A DNA stretch of 64,000 nt from Trypanosoma brucei (GCA_000002445.1 CH464491.1:4864001-4928000); one strand, 5' to 3'. Shown: positions 37,073 to 48,509, counted from the stretch's first letter. Notes: generated by a model not told the origin, from the letters alone. A program made the numbers and translations.

Positions 37073-38863
37073 GAGTAAAGTGGTGGTGCAGACAAATTGA
37101 AGTGCAAAGTAGAAGCATTTAAAACAATGTCAAGTGTGAAATATAATCAATGTACGAATGGTGCAGTAAGTCCAAGATTGAGAAAGGGTCAAGAGCAATA
37201 TTATTGGAAAGGTAGGAAGAGATAGAAATAGGGTAGAAGATAGAAAATGTGGAGTTTCATTATAAGTATAATGATTGTACACCATTATACAGAACTGGAT
37301 AATGAAGGAGTTGATAACGTGGGTATCAGAGACAGTCCGGTAGATGCGTCGAGTGTGGTCACCACTGTATCCGCAGTGATGGAAGTACTGCACGAAAGGG
37401 ACGTAGCAAAAGTACGAATTTAAATAGCGATATACGCCACACAACGCAGCTGAACAAAATACATCAGGAGTTGCAAGTGGAAATAATATCCCCTATCTCA
37501 CTCAGAAATTGGACGATGTAATAGGGAAGTTAATGTTGGTGATTATTGTTGTTTTAATCTGTTGGCAGATACTAATGTAAATCTGTGAAGAATAAGCAAG
37601 AGGAGATAGGGAGAGGGAATAATTAAATGTGAGGCAACATTGATATCATCTTTACATCTGATTTACTAATGGTAGACAATATTTGCCGACAATAATATAA
37701 TATGATTGGGTAGAGGTTTTTGAAACTAGTAGTACAAACGGATTATTGTGGCGTGTAAGCAAAGGATAAAAATTGGGAAACTTCTTAGAATAGCGCATAT
37801 TCAAAGTTGTGGAGGAGCTTTATGAAGTTGATAATTAAGAGCGGCACTTTATCAGTTCCACACCGGTATACCGATGATAAAATAACAAAATTAAGCGATA
37901 GAATGCAACACATTGGGAAAGAGAAAGCGAAACTTATTTAATGAATATAACTAAAAAGCATAGAATAAAAGGAAGAAGCAAGCAGTCTTCAAAGCAGAAA
38001 AAGAGAAGAGAAGAAACAAGCGTCTAAACGCATCTGTGATAATCAGCAGCTTTACATGGTTATTGTGACTCAAAAATAAAGCCACAAATCAGCAGATGAT
38101 AGAATATAGTGAAGAAAATAAATTTAAAGTGCTTTAGATAAAGATATAGAATAATATAGATTGTAATTAAGAGTACAAATTCTTCCAGTAAGATACATGC
38201 CTTTTAATAAAATTACCAAACAGATCAAATCGCAGCGGCTATCAAAATATGCCTCACCAACTAAGTCCCGAGTGTCCAAGCAAAGGAATAAAAAGTTTGA
38301 AACGAAAAAATAACAATTCAAAGAGAGAACGCAAAAAAAGGAAAACCAAACTTTCTCGATGGATTACATTTTAAAAAACATCAATCAGATACCTCCACTA
38401 AGTAACGCACAGCGTCGAAACACCATAAGACAGAAACAAAGCAACGTCTTGCACACAATTTCGCCCAGTAGGCAAACGAAACTTCTTAAAATAAATAATT
38501 TTAATGTCTGGAAGCGAAACAAAGAAGCAATTAAACTTAATTGTAAAGTGTGGACAAACTTATGATCTTCAATACATCTGCAGGTGATAGTAACGGAACT
38601 TACTTTGCATTACTTTGGTTTCACAGATTATCAGCAGAATAGAAGCTGACGAAACCCAAAAGACAGATTGCGAACACGAAGCAGGCATAAACAAAGACAT
38701 TTTAGTAACACGGCAACCTTTCTTTCAGGAACAGCCGCTAGCGGCCGCAAAAATAAAAAAACGTCAGCTACGCAGCGGTGTTGCACAACCAAAACACCGA
38801 ACAGAAGCACAAACACTAAATTGTCTTTTGTAATTTTGGAGAAGACCACAGTAATTGAAAATA

Positions 38864-40082
38864 ATGATTAGGCTGCTAACAGCAGCTGCGTTTTTGTTGC
38901 ATGTCGCAACCCGCGGTGGACATGGCGCCGTAGCTGACAGTGACTCCTATGCAGACTTTGCTGCACTATGCAATCTGATAACACTGGCACAAACACCAGT
39001 AGCACCACAAACAGACAAATCCGAAGCTTTGGAGTTGCTCAAGACGATCAAAGCGATAAATATATCAGTTGCGAGCTCGGACATCAGACAGGCACTAACG
39101 CAAGCCCAAAATAAAAAGTGGGCGCAACTATCCCCAGGCCAGACAAAAGGCAAGGAAGGCTGGCAAAATTCATGGGACGACTGGGCAGAAGCAAAAACAT
39201 TTTCAGAGTCTGCCACAAACAAAGCAGCTTTCGAAGAATGGAACGCAAAAACGGTATCAAAAGAGGCGAGGAAAAAGATCGTGTATCTCACGCCTAAAGC
39301 CGTACAGACAGCACAAAGCCTGCCACAACTCCAAACGAAGTTAGCAATGGCCGGTGCACAGGAGGCGGCGCAGAAAGCGTTACTTGGAAGCGACAAAGCC
39401 GCTAACGGCTTAAAACCGGCAGGCACCAACAGGGTGACTGAATGCGGCAAGGCATCAGACGGGGCGAGGGCTGAAGGGGGAGAGTCAGCAGGCAAGGCGC
39501 TCCTGCTAGACCTTCTTTGCCTTTGCGGTGGTCATGCCTCAGACGCCGACGTCGGAAAAGCTTGCTGAAAAAATTGCAACAGCGCCGGCAACAACGACGA
39601 GTGGAACCTGAATAACGACGGCAAAACCCGTGCAAACTTCATCGCAAGTAACTGCCCAAAGGCGCCAGGCCACACGAGAATATCGCAACAAGCAGTAGAA
39701 CAGGCATGGAGACATTTTCTAACGCTCACAGCGATTGCAAAGGGCAGTGGATTCGCGTACCGTAACGCCCTAGGCGTCTTGGCAGCGACAGGAGAGACAG
39801 GCTGCGACGGACATAAAGCGTCCAACGGAGGCCCTTGCGTGCAGTACGGCGATGACGCTGTGGTAACCGGAGCATCACCGCCTACATGGCTCACAAATCA
39901 ACGAACAGCGGCACACATTTGGGACGACGCATACAACGCAATCAGCCAAATCAAGGAAATCGAGCACAAATTAAAAGCCATAAACAACACCCTGCGTTCG
40001 CCGCTCTAGCAAGATGAGCCGACACAAAATATGCAGAAAGCGGCCGCCACGCCGATGATAGCGGAAAAAACACACAGACTGC
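38864..40082 (+). pseudogene. VSG: VSG (B-type N-domain), frameshifted after ~237 aa and truncated at the 3' end by the scaffold gap
   Basis: ATG at ~38864 opens MIRLLTAAAFLLHVATRGG.. and the N-domain includes ..LLLDLLCLCGGHASD... The frame breaks at 39568 and continues in 39779..40009 (..ATGETGCDGHKASNGGPCVQY..), homologous to 54223..54927. The C-terminal domain is missing because N 40083..40182 follows. Confidence 0.8.
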
Positions 40083-40182
40083 NNNNNNNNNNNNNNNNNN
40101 NNNNNNNNNNNNNNNNNNNNNNNNNNNNNNNNNNNNNNNNNNNNNNNNNNNNNNNNNNNNNNNNNNNNNNNNNNNNNNNNNN
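40083..40182. other. Assembly gap (100 N), plus a single n at ~40214
   Basis: Run of n characters. Confidence 1.
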
Positions 40183-40308
40183 TGGGCGCCTGGAGTATGC
40201 GTACCGACAATCANTGTTCCCTGAAGGAAGCTGCTGGCTCTTGGCTTCTTTGATGATACGGGGTACTGGATCTCTGACACCACGTTGAGGTGGCCGGCAT
40301 CGCCAGGG
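40183..40308 (-). mobile_element. 5' end fragment of a second RIME/ingi element (7SL-like terminus), running into the gap
   Basis: The plus strand reads ..tgttccctgaaggaagctgctggctcttggcttctttgatgatacggggtactggatctctgacaccacgttgaggtggccggcatcgccaggg. This is the reverse complement of the ingi/RIME 5' terminus and about 90% identical to 45460..45576. Confidence 0.75.
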
Positions 40309-40590
40309 TATGAAGCAAAATTTTTTTTTAATTTTCTTCGTGCCTTCGTGAGAGTTTCTCCCAACTGGCGCGGCCATCAGCCATCACCGTAGAGCCCTGA
40401 GATGCTATCGGTCTGGCGACTGTGGCAGAGTCTCCCTTTTTTATTCATCCTAACACACCCTCTATAATTTTTGTTGTAGCTCCGCAGTTGAACGGAATAC
40501 AGTAGATGGGGCGAGAAGCCCCCCTCACCCCGGACTCTCCCAAAGATGTCAATTAGCAATCCTTTTGTTTTGTTTTTTGTTATTCGTTTA

Positions 40591-41238
40591 TTATTCTCTC
40601 CCCCTCTTTCTGTTTCTGTTTTTGTTGCTTGTTGACTGCATACCTCCTCTGTCTCTGAGGGTGTCTGGACTATTCCTGCGTCCGGTGCTTTTCCTGCTGG
40701 CTCCACACTCGGCAATAAGGGGGGAAGTTGCAGAAGGGAGAGTGGGTTGTATGACTGTTACCTTAGGTGAGGACTTCACCTGCGGCCGGCTCCGTTCAAC
40801 CGCAATGAGAAACTGCGCCAGCCTTTTGGAGAAACATACATCCTGCACACACTCACCTTCTACCGCAAATCTGACACGTAACTCCTTCAAACCGGGACAG
40901 CTCATCAAGTGCAGCGACGTTTCTTCGCAGTCGCCGCGTTGGCTGGTAACAGCGCGCTCTACCTTCATACCGTGCATCTTCTTTTGATGTAGGGTGAGGC
41001 CAGTTTTGCTAGCACACTGCCTTCCGCATGTCGGGCACACCAACATGGATGTGTTTGTATGCGGGGAATCAGTGGCACACAATTTTGTGCTTTTGCTGCA
41101 TTTAAGCTCGACTCCCTCACCTTTGTGGAAAGCCTTACAGTGTCGGATGAGGGAGTCCCTGCAACTGAGCACTTTTTGGCACACACCACACTGCACCTCG
41201 CCTTTCGCCGGGACGTCAAAAATTTCCCTCACGGGCAC
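40591..41238 (-). CDS. ingi C-terminal C2H2 zinc-finger segment
   Basis: VQCGVCQKVLSCRDSLIRHCKAFH and LVCPTCGRQCASKTGLTLHQKKMHG. Confidence 0.75.
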   Translation of the reverse strand: MPVREIFDVPAKGEVQCGVCQKVLSCRDSLIRHCKAFHKGEGVELKCSKSTKLCATDSPHTNTSMLVCPTCGRQCASKTGLTLHQKKMHGMKVERAVTSQRGDCEETSLHLMSCPGLKELRVRFAVEGECVQDVCFSKRLAQFLIAVERSRPQVKSSPKVTVIQPTLPSATSPLIAECGASRKSTGRRNSPDTLRDRGGMQSTSNKNRNRKRGRE

Positions 41239-42505
41239 GCTTACGAGGGAATTGCACCACCACGGTACCGTCCTCCGTCACTATGCTTTTATGTTTGAAT
41301 TTCTTGTGTAGTGACAGGGAAGAGCGTGTACCGAAGCTCGCCTCGCACAGGTCACATTGAAACGGCAGCTTCCGTGTATCCTGAGGGGCTGGCGGTGCTG
41401 GGGCTCTACCATCTCCTTGCAATGAGTCTTCGTTCTCTCGCCCCCTTTTCACGCGGCAACTACCGCTGCCTATGCCATGTATTGTTCTAAGGTGGTGTAA
41501 TAGTCGGCCTGGCACTGCGAATTTGGAGGTACAGAGGGTACAATGAAGCACCTGCGGTCTCATCGGGACTCGTGTGCTCGACGGTAGAGGAACGATCGCC
41601 ACCACTGGAGGGGGCTCCAGGGGGATATCCACTATAGGTGTTGCATCGCCGTATTTGATCTTTCGAAGGGCATCAGCTCGCATAAAGCCATGTTTGCTTA
41701 CCATATGCGTTACAGCACTCGAGCGGCATTGGTATGTGGCATCACATTCCGTACATTTGGTCGGTTCGGAGGTTCTCTGAAGAGTGCGTGTCACAACAGT
41801 TGGGACCGTTTGTATTGTTGGTCCTATCGCTGCATGTTGCGGGTTACACCATCGGCACTGTGGAGGCACACTCGAATTGATCTTTCGCAACATCCATCCA
41901 TAGTGCCTTGAAGACCCAACCCGAAAGCGTGCCAGTGCCGTTTCTTCTTCCCTCGTCAGTTCTTCTTTATGTTTTGTTGGAAAGTGGTTGCCCGTGATAC
42001 CAAACCTATGAGTGTTCTCATAGACTTCTTCCGACCTAAGCACTCGCTTCGCATAAGCAATGATGTCGGGGATCAATGTGTCTCGCAACTGTGGTAAATC
42101 TGCGGCCTTTTTCGCCATGTCATCGCAAACCTCATTCTGTTTCACGCCACAATGGACAAACACAAATTGCAGTCGTATACGCACCTTTCTTCTCTGAACT
42201 TGAAGCAGAAGCCTCCATAGTCGTCTTAGAATTGGGTCCGTTGCGGCTAGGGGGCTTGTCTGCAGTACTGTTAACATTGACAGCGAGTCAGAGAAGATGG
42301 ACAACCTGCTCGGTGTGGTTCTGTATGCCGGAAGCCATTTCAGCAGCCGTTGCAGTCCTATCTCTAATGCTACGCATTCCGCTCTGTAACTGAATGAGAG
42401 TTCCCCTGCTCCGGTCTTGGGTGCACAAATCAGCGTGTTGTTTCTATAGAGCAGGGCAGCTGCTCCGGACTTCTCACCGAGGGACACGGATCCATCAGTC
42501 CACAA
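41216..42505 (-). CDS. ingi ORF segment: RNase H-like domain plus upstream zinc-finger region. It is separated from the RT segment by a stop, so the element is probably non-autonomous.
   Basis: 429 aa reading ..QFVFVHCGVKQNEVCDDMAKKAA.. (RNase H-like), then ..CTECDATYQCRSSAVTHMVSKHG.. and ..FQCDLCEASFGTRSSLSLHKKFKH (C2H2). Confidence 0.75.
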   Translation of the reverse strand: MWTDGSVSLGEKSGAAALLYRNNTLICAPKTGAGELSFSYRAECVALEIGLQRLLKWLPAYRTTPSRLSIFSDSLSMLTVLQTSPLAATDPILRRLWRLLLQVQRRKVRIRLQFVFVHCGVKQNEVCDDMAKKAADLPQLRDTLIPDIIAYAKRVLRSEEVYENTHRFGITGNHFPTKHKEELTREEETALARFRVGSSRHYGWMLRKINSSVPPQCRWCNPQHAAIGPTIQTVPTVVTRTLQRTSEPTKCTECDATYQCRSSAVTHMVSKHGFMRADALRKIKYGDATPIVDIPLEPPPVVAIVPLPSSTRVPMRPQVLHCTLCTSKFAVPGRLLHHLRTIHGIGSGSCRVKRGRENEDSLQGDGRAPAPPAPQDTRKLPFQCDLCEASFGTRSSLSLHKKFKHKSIVTEDGTVVVQFPRKRAREGNF

Positions 42506-42520
42506 TTCGTAGTGCTCTCG

Positions 42521-45076
42521 TCACGGTGGCTCCTTCCCTCTCCGTGCAAAATGCCGTGCAATCCACTTTTCGGAAGCCTCCCTTTTGACATCTTCAGGGT
42601 CATCAGCGCACACAGGCTTTATCTGCGTGTGAAATAGCGGTCGGCAGCTGTGGCGGAGCGTCGATGTCTCTAGTGGGTGCTCGCGTGGCTCAATGCGGAG
42701 GTGGGGATAGGACCGCATGATACGGGAATGTAGGGCTCTGACTGGGTGTTTGCTGTGGTATACTTCTTCAGCACTGCGCCGCAAACATCCGCCTCGTGAC
42801 TCACACATCAGCATGAATTTCATGCTGCGTACAAGAGTGGTCGTCTTGAGTGGCAGGAGGTTTGCTTCCAGCAGAGAGTCCTCTTTGCGCGTCCCATGCG
42901 GTATGCCGGCTATGATGTGACTGGCTTTGTGTTGCGTTGCTGCAAGGAGGTCACGACTTCGTTTTGAAGCGTCCCAGTACCATACCTCAATCCCATACAT
43001 GGTGTGTGCCTGTACGATTACTAGATAAAAAGCTCTCAGTACTTGTCGTCTTGGCCCCCATGTAGAAGCTGAGATGGCTGCTATCTGCAGTAGTCTGAAG
43101 TCCATCTTGCGTCTCGTTTCGGTCGCATGTGTTGCCATCCCCTGCAGACACTGGAATGTTACTCCTAGAAGCTTCGGTGTCCTGTCAGCTCCTATTCTTT
43201 CGCCGTCCAGTTGTAATGTAAGGGGGTGGCGCTCTATACACCCGAAGAGTGTGCACTTTGTTTTCGCTACGTTGACAGACATGAAGTACTCTTGTGACCA
43301 CTGTAACACCACGTTGAGGCCGCATTGCAGTGTGTGGTTGATGACATCCCTCTCTGTGTGTCTCGCAAGTAGCGTCAGGTCGTCTGCAAAGAATCCGTGC
43401 TGCAGTAACGGCACTTCTGCAAGGCGTTGGCTCAACGAGTTCATGACAATAATGAACATGATTGACCCAAGGACAGTTCCTTGTGTCACTCTTCGCTCAA
43501 ATGTTCTGCTTCTGGAAAGCTTCTCCTTGAATCTCACTCTGCCAGTTCGGTTACTCAGAAATGATACGCACCACTTCACAATGTGGGGTGATACCTTCAT
43601 TCTGTGCATTTCCCTCGCAATTTTGTCGTTGTACACTGTATCGAATGCCTTCTCGTAGTCAACGAATACAGCACCCGTACGAGATTGATGCGTGGGGCGG
43701 CAAAGGGCAGCACCGACCTGCAGGAGTTGTTCGAGTGTTGAGCATCCGGGGCGAAAGCCTGATTGCTGCGGCGTCAGCTGGGACTCAACAGTGTCTCTAA
43801 GCCTCGCGGCAATTATGCGCTCCATGACTTTGCAGAGACAGCTCGTGAGCGTCACAGGCCTGTAAGAATCGAGGTCCTCCGCCTTTTTTCCGGCCTTCAG
43901 GATGGGGATGATAACACCAGTCTTCCATGCAGGCGGCACGACTCCCCTTCGTAGGCTGTCATTGAATAGCCTCAGAACAACATTCTGCGCTGTGTTACAG
44001 AGATGTTGCAGTGCCTCGTTGTATAAGCAATCAGGTCCGGCTGCGGATCCACTCGGTAGCAGTTTGATCGATCTCCGTAGTTCAGCCATAGTGATGGGAC
44101 TGAACTCACTCGCTATCGTCTTTATGGGTGCCGGTGGGTGTGAGTCGGGGTGCCTTCTTGCCCGGGATGAGTACAGTTTAATGAACCTCTCAGCTTGACG
44201 GTAGTCCGTGATGGCCGCGTTATCAACAAGTACCGCCGCTGTGGTTAGTGGTCGTGGCGCATATACCTTCTTGACAATGTGCCAACTGCAGCGGTCTGAC
44301 ACCGCAAGTATGGAGCATAGCGTGTTCCATCTCTTCTTTGTGGTACGGTCCAGTATCTGCTTACACGTGGCTACCAACTTTTCCCTTCGATAGGAGGGTC
44401 CGCAACCAGCGATCTCTTCATCGAGTTTCGCGAGCTCAGGTGTCCAATGTGGTGGCGTTGCTCTGCAGCCACGGGGGACGGAGACCTTCGTCGCAATGCG
44501 GATGGCGGAGCTCAATTTCTGTTCCAGGGTGTTGACGTTCTTCTCTCTACCAATTTTCCTGCAGAGCTCGTCAACCTTGAGATGGAAATTCCTCCAGTCA
44601 GCTTTTAGCCATGCGTACATGGGCTTTCGAAGCCGCGGGCAACTCAGTGCATCTGTGTCGTCTCCAACGATAACGTCAAAAAATATGTGATGGTGATCAC
44701 TATCGGGAGAATACAGCGATGTCCACGTGTAAACTGTGCAATTCCTTGACAGTGCCACATCAGGGGTGGACTCTCCGTGGTGGCGCGCGTACCTGGTGTA
44801 CTCACCAGTGTTGCAGACCAGAAACTGGTTGTCAATGCACCACTGTGTGAGGGTTTCACCCTTGGTATTTGGTGGGCTCGCGCGATCCCATGCCAAAGCG
44901 TGTGCGTTAGCCTCTACACCGATGAGCTGGGCCCCGTCAGTCGTCAGAAGCGTATCTAGGTCAGTTGCCGTGAAGGTGTGTTTTGGTGGGATGTATGCCG
45001 ACGTGACGGTCAGCGCAGTTTCACGTGCAAGGTGAATTGTTGCATGCACTTGTTCAATGCGACCAACAACGGTCAT
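42521..45076 (-). CDS. ingi ORF segment: AP-endonuclease domain plus reverse transcriptase
   Basis: 851 aa. RT motifs include ..AVFVDYEKAFDTVYNDKIAREMHRMKV.. and ..FFADDLTLLARH... The endonuclease region lies N-terminal (..ALTVTSAYIPPKH..). Confidence 0.8.
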   Translation of the reverse strand: MTVVGRIEQVHATIHLARETALTVTSAYIPPKHTFTATDLDTLLTTDGAQLIGVEANAHALAWDRASPPNTKGETLTQWCIDNQFLVCNTGEYTRYARHHGESTPDVALSRNCTVYTWTSLYSPDSDHHHIFFDVIVGDDTDALSCPRLRKPMYAWLKADWRNFHLKVDELCRKIGREKNVNTLEQKLSSAIRIATKVSVPRGCRATPPHWTPELAKLDEEIAGCGPSYRREKLVATCKQILDRTTKKRWNTLCSILAVSDRCSWHIVKKVYAPRPLTTAAVLVDNAAITDYRQAERFIKLYSSRARRHPDSHPPAPIKTIASEFSPITMAELRRSIKLLPSGSAAGPDCLYNEALQHLCNTAQNVVLRLFNDSLRRGVVPPAWKTGVIIPILKAGKKAEDLDSYRPVTLTSCLCKVMERIIAARLRDTVESQLTPQQSGFRPGCSTLEQLLQVGAALCRPTHQSRTGAVFVDYEKAFDTVYNDKIAREMHRMKVSPHIVKWCVSFLSNRTGRVRFKEKLSRSRTFERRVTQGTVLGSIMFIIVMNSLSQRLAEVPLLQHGFFADDLTLLARHTERDVINHTLQCGLNVVLQWSQEYFMSVNVAKTKCTLFGCIERHPLTLQLDGERIGADRTPKLLGVTFQCLQGMATHATETRRKMDFRLLQIAAISASTWGPRRQVLRAFYLVIVQAHTMYGIEVWYWDASKRSRDLLAATQHKASHIIAGIPHGTRKEDSLLEANLLPLKTTTLVRSMKFMLMCESRGGCLRRSAEEVYHSKHPVRALHSRIMRSYPHLRIEPREHPLETSTLRHSCRPLFHTQIKPVCADDPEDVKREASEKWIARHFARRGKEPP

Positions 45077-45576
45077 ACCTATCTAGGCTGGTAGGTCCTC
45101 CCTCACTAGTATTGATACACCACCTCCTTTGCAGTTACGAGCTATTCCGTGATGTTGGTAGCCAGCAACGCTAAAGCAAGCCGCCCCTCCAGGCGTCATC
45201 CTTGTCTCACTCAACAGACAAAAGGCGATCCGCTCATCAACAAGGGTTTTGTGGAGTGCTAATCTCTTTCCTTGAGATAGCCCGGCGCAGTTTCACTGCA
45301 TCCCGCACAACGACGGGCTGGGATTCTCTTCCACATCACCGGACAGCAGCATCTTAGTGCGGATGATACTGCTGATGGCACGCTGGCACGTGCCCAGGGA
45401 CCGACAAATGAAAAACGGTGTCCCAGCAAGACGCTGCTGATCCCTGTGCTGTATGATGCCGTATCCGGAGCAAAGCAGTGTTCCCCATGAAAGGAACGCT
45501 GCTGGCTCTTGGCTTCCCCCGATGATACGGGGTACTGGACCCTGGCACCACGTTGAGGTGGCCGGCGTCGCCAGGG

Positions 45577-47010
45577 AAATTTTCTATTTGCTACAAAACT
45601 GGAAACGTAGCAAGAATTTTTCTCTTTTTTGCAGCCATCTGTGCATTCTTTCTTTCCTTTCCTTTTGGATTTCCCCTGCTTGCTCTCCTTTTTCTGCTTT
45701 AGCTTTGCATTTTTAAAATATAAGTGTCACTATCGCAGTCGAGAGTTTTGCATTCCTCTGCTATTTTTTGGTGTGTTTGGCGCATTCTTGCGTCAGTGTG
45801 CTTGTCCCAGTTATTAGCGTTAGCTTTCCACTGGTGTGTACATGTGCCGGTACTGTTGATAAGAGGTGGTTAAAAACTGCTTCCGCTTGCCAGCTGAGCA
45901 TGCTCATTTCCGCAATTACTTTATTTTGCTGCGCACAACCGGCCAGTGTCTTCTCTATTTCTTGCGCTGCAGCCTCTAGGTTATCTTCGTATCCAGTTGC
46001 GGCTGCTAATTTGGTAGTTTTGTGTTTCGTGAATTTGCTGAATTCTGCACAGGCGCTGTCAGCTTGGGTGCCGCGGTGGGCTAATGTTCCTTTTGTACCT
46101 ATGTAAACTGCGATGTTCCCGCCTGCCGCGAACGTTTTCCACATTTGCCGGGGTCAGCCCGCTGCTGTCCGAACCGCCGCTGGTGTCAGGTCGCCTTTGT
46201 TGTACGCTTCGCACATGGTTATCAGTGCATCGCCTGCGTTGGTGTAGGTTGTAGGAGTTGCGGCGTCCGCGGCGATGTTCCGTGTGGTTGTTGGAGCTGA
46301 GCAAATGTCGATCGTCATCGTTCCCGAGTGTTTGCTGCACACACAAGCCAGCGACGTGCAAATGGAGTCGGTGGCGTTATCGTCTTTGCAGATGTCTTGC
46401 CTTGTTGAACCCGTTGGGGTCATGCACCGGTCTTCGTCGGTTTTGCCTGCCGTGTCCTGTCCAAACACTGCTTTGTTTATGAAGCCATCTATGTGAGCTT
46501 TGTCCCCCTCAATGGCTGGTTTTATATCTGTGGCATGCTGTTCCGCTAACCGCCTAGCGTACTCGGTGATCGCGGCTATTGTTAGAGCCGCCTGGCCTTC
46601 CGCACTGCGCATTGTGCTGTCGCCTATGTATTTGTTCCCAGGTCTGACGCCTTCGCTGTGAGCTGTAATGTTCGCTTTCGCATGAGCTTTCCACTGTTTG
46701 TGGCACTGTGGAAGCTCGTTATTGTCTTTGCATGGGTTTTGTCGGCGTTAACGATTTGCGGCTTTGTTGGGAACTGCTTTGCCCAATCGGGGTGTGCAAG
46801 TGACATGTCAAGGGCTTCTATTATTTCGTATGTTGCTTCGACATCTTCGACAGCTGGTAAGACTGTGTCCTTTGCCTGCCGCAAGTTTACAATGTCGCAT
46901 AGGACATCTAGTTCTGCTAGGTTTTTTTGCGTTAGCGTCGTCTGCTGCGCTGGCTTGCTCGGCAGAAATAAGCAAAGCCAAAAACACAACGGTGACTAGC
47001 ATATTCAATC
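45577..47010 (-). pseudogene. VSG: VSG pseudogene (B-type N-domain, three frames), with its GPI-signal coding sequence cut by the ingi 5' end
   Basis: The signal peptide MLVTVVFLALLISAEQASA is in ORF 46808..47008. The domain body is in 46624..46989, 46154..46612 and 45761..46144. Minus-strand translation of 45577..45760 gives ..KECTDGCKKEKNSCYVSSFVANRKF, ending exactly at the ingi junction (..aatagaaaattt|ccctggcg). Confidence 0.8.
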
Positions 47011-48509
47011 CTTTGTTCCACTACTCTTCGCCATTGGAAAGTAATCCGTTGAAGAATGTTTACTTGGATCGCTACCGGGGCTAAAACTGGCTGGCGGCGG
47101 CTTTGAAAACACATGTACACAACGCTGTCGCTGCTCATATCCGGTCTTTAATATATTAAAAATTTTTTTTTTGCAAAGCCACTTCTCTTTTGCTGCGCGT
47201 TACTTCCATCTTGTTGCCGACGCTGTCACGCGGTCTGTTTATGCGTAACAAACTCCCACATAGAATTTATGCTGGCTGTTTTGAGGCTAAGTATATTGGC
47301 GTTCAGCAGGCTGTAAGCATCATTCCTTTGAGTATCGCCTCATTTACTAATTGTGGTGTTTTTGTGTATCCGGGTTGGGGTAAAATTGAGTGTTTGTTTC
47401 AGCATCTGTTCTATTTATGGATATGTGGTCGAAAAAGTTTAAGTTATGGCTGGTGCCACTAGTGTAGATAAATCAGCTTCGTAAATGATTGGTTATTATT
47501 ATTATTTTTTCTGGACATGCACCGACTGCGGGGACAGTAGCTCTAATAAAAACAACGAGTTGTTTCCAAAATTTATTCAACTGCTTCTTTTAGCTCAACC
47601 CTTTTACTATTATTATATTCCCCCTAACTAACGATACAGAAAGTTGTAAACATAGCAGGTGCGTATGGAAGATAAATGTTTATTACTGGTTTAAGGCTGT
47701 TATGTTCCACTCACTAGCATTCTTATAGACAACATTGTCTCTAATCTTCTAATTCTGCTATTCAACATTAATTTTAGACGTCAACATGCTTTCTAGAAAA
47801 CAAAAAAAGCATGTACCCCATATAATAACTTCGCGACTTCAACTGAGTATAGGGACTACTAAGAGTTCCTTTTCCTGCGGTATCTCATGATGCGATAACA
47901 TTTTTATTCCTGTACTTACTACTCTGCCTTTGTGCATTGTTCTTTTTGCTTGTAGTGATTCAACATTTCGTTCTTGTTTGTGTGTTCTCACAAGGTTTTG
48001 TTCCACCATTAGATATTTTGTCTATTTCCATCGCTTACTTGGAGTAGTTATTTCTGTTGAGTCACAAATGTTTATATGAATTGCACATTATTTATCAGCT
48101 CAATTCCATGCTTTGTGTAGAGTTATATTAATTTTAATGCCTTGACTGAAAATAATGCATTCGCCGGACACTTCTTGAGATCATATTGGCAGTGATGCTC
48201 TTATATGCCTTCCACTTCCATCTCTCCCTTGTGAAGAATATACATACACCATTCGGCTTGAAACATGGACTTTCTCCATAACTCATTGTCCTATCTATTA
48301 TTTTCCTGTGTACAATGATGTCCGCTGTTATCTTTGTTTTTTAACCTCGCATAATCTATATTCCAATTTCTTTGTTTATTTTTATGCGTTTACTTCAACA
48401 TTATTAGTCGTGAACTCTCACAGTCTTTCACTCACTCGCTCTCATTTCACCTTACAATTTTTAAGGTTCATCTATGATTTCAGTACATTCACTCTTCACT
48501 GTTTTCTCA

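Larger units (their letters stand above)
40321..45576 (-). mobile_element. ingi: Full-length ingi non-LTR retrotransposon (~5.25 kb), with the RIME 5' half at 45322..45576, a 3' A-run at 40321..40329, and its ORF split by stop codons
   Basis: The 5' terminus on the minus strand is ccctggcgacgccggccacctcaacgtggtgccagggtccagtaccccgtatcatcgggggaagccaag. The internal ORFs 42521..45076 (851 aa), 41216..42505 (429 aa) and 40591..41238 (215 aa, C2H2 fingers) are collinear with ingi. The length matches the canonical 5.2 kb. Confidence 0.9.

Noticed and set aside
45577..45600. A clean 12-bp target-site duplication for the ingi
   Set aside because: I could only find an approximate 7-8 nt match (gaaaattt / aaaatttt) between the two flanks. 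The 3' flank is also confounded by the adjacent second ingi/RIME terminus, so I report it as tentative inside the insertion finding and not as a feature.
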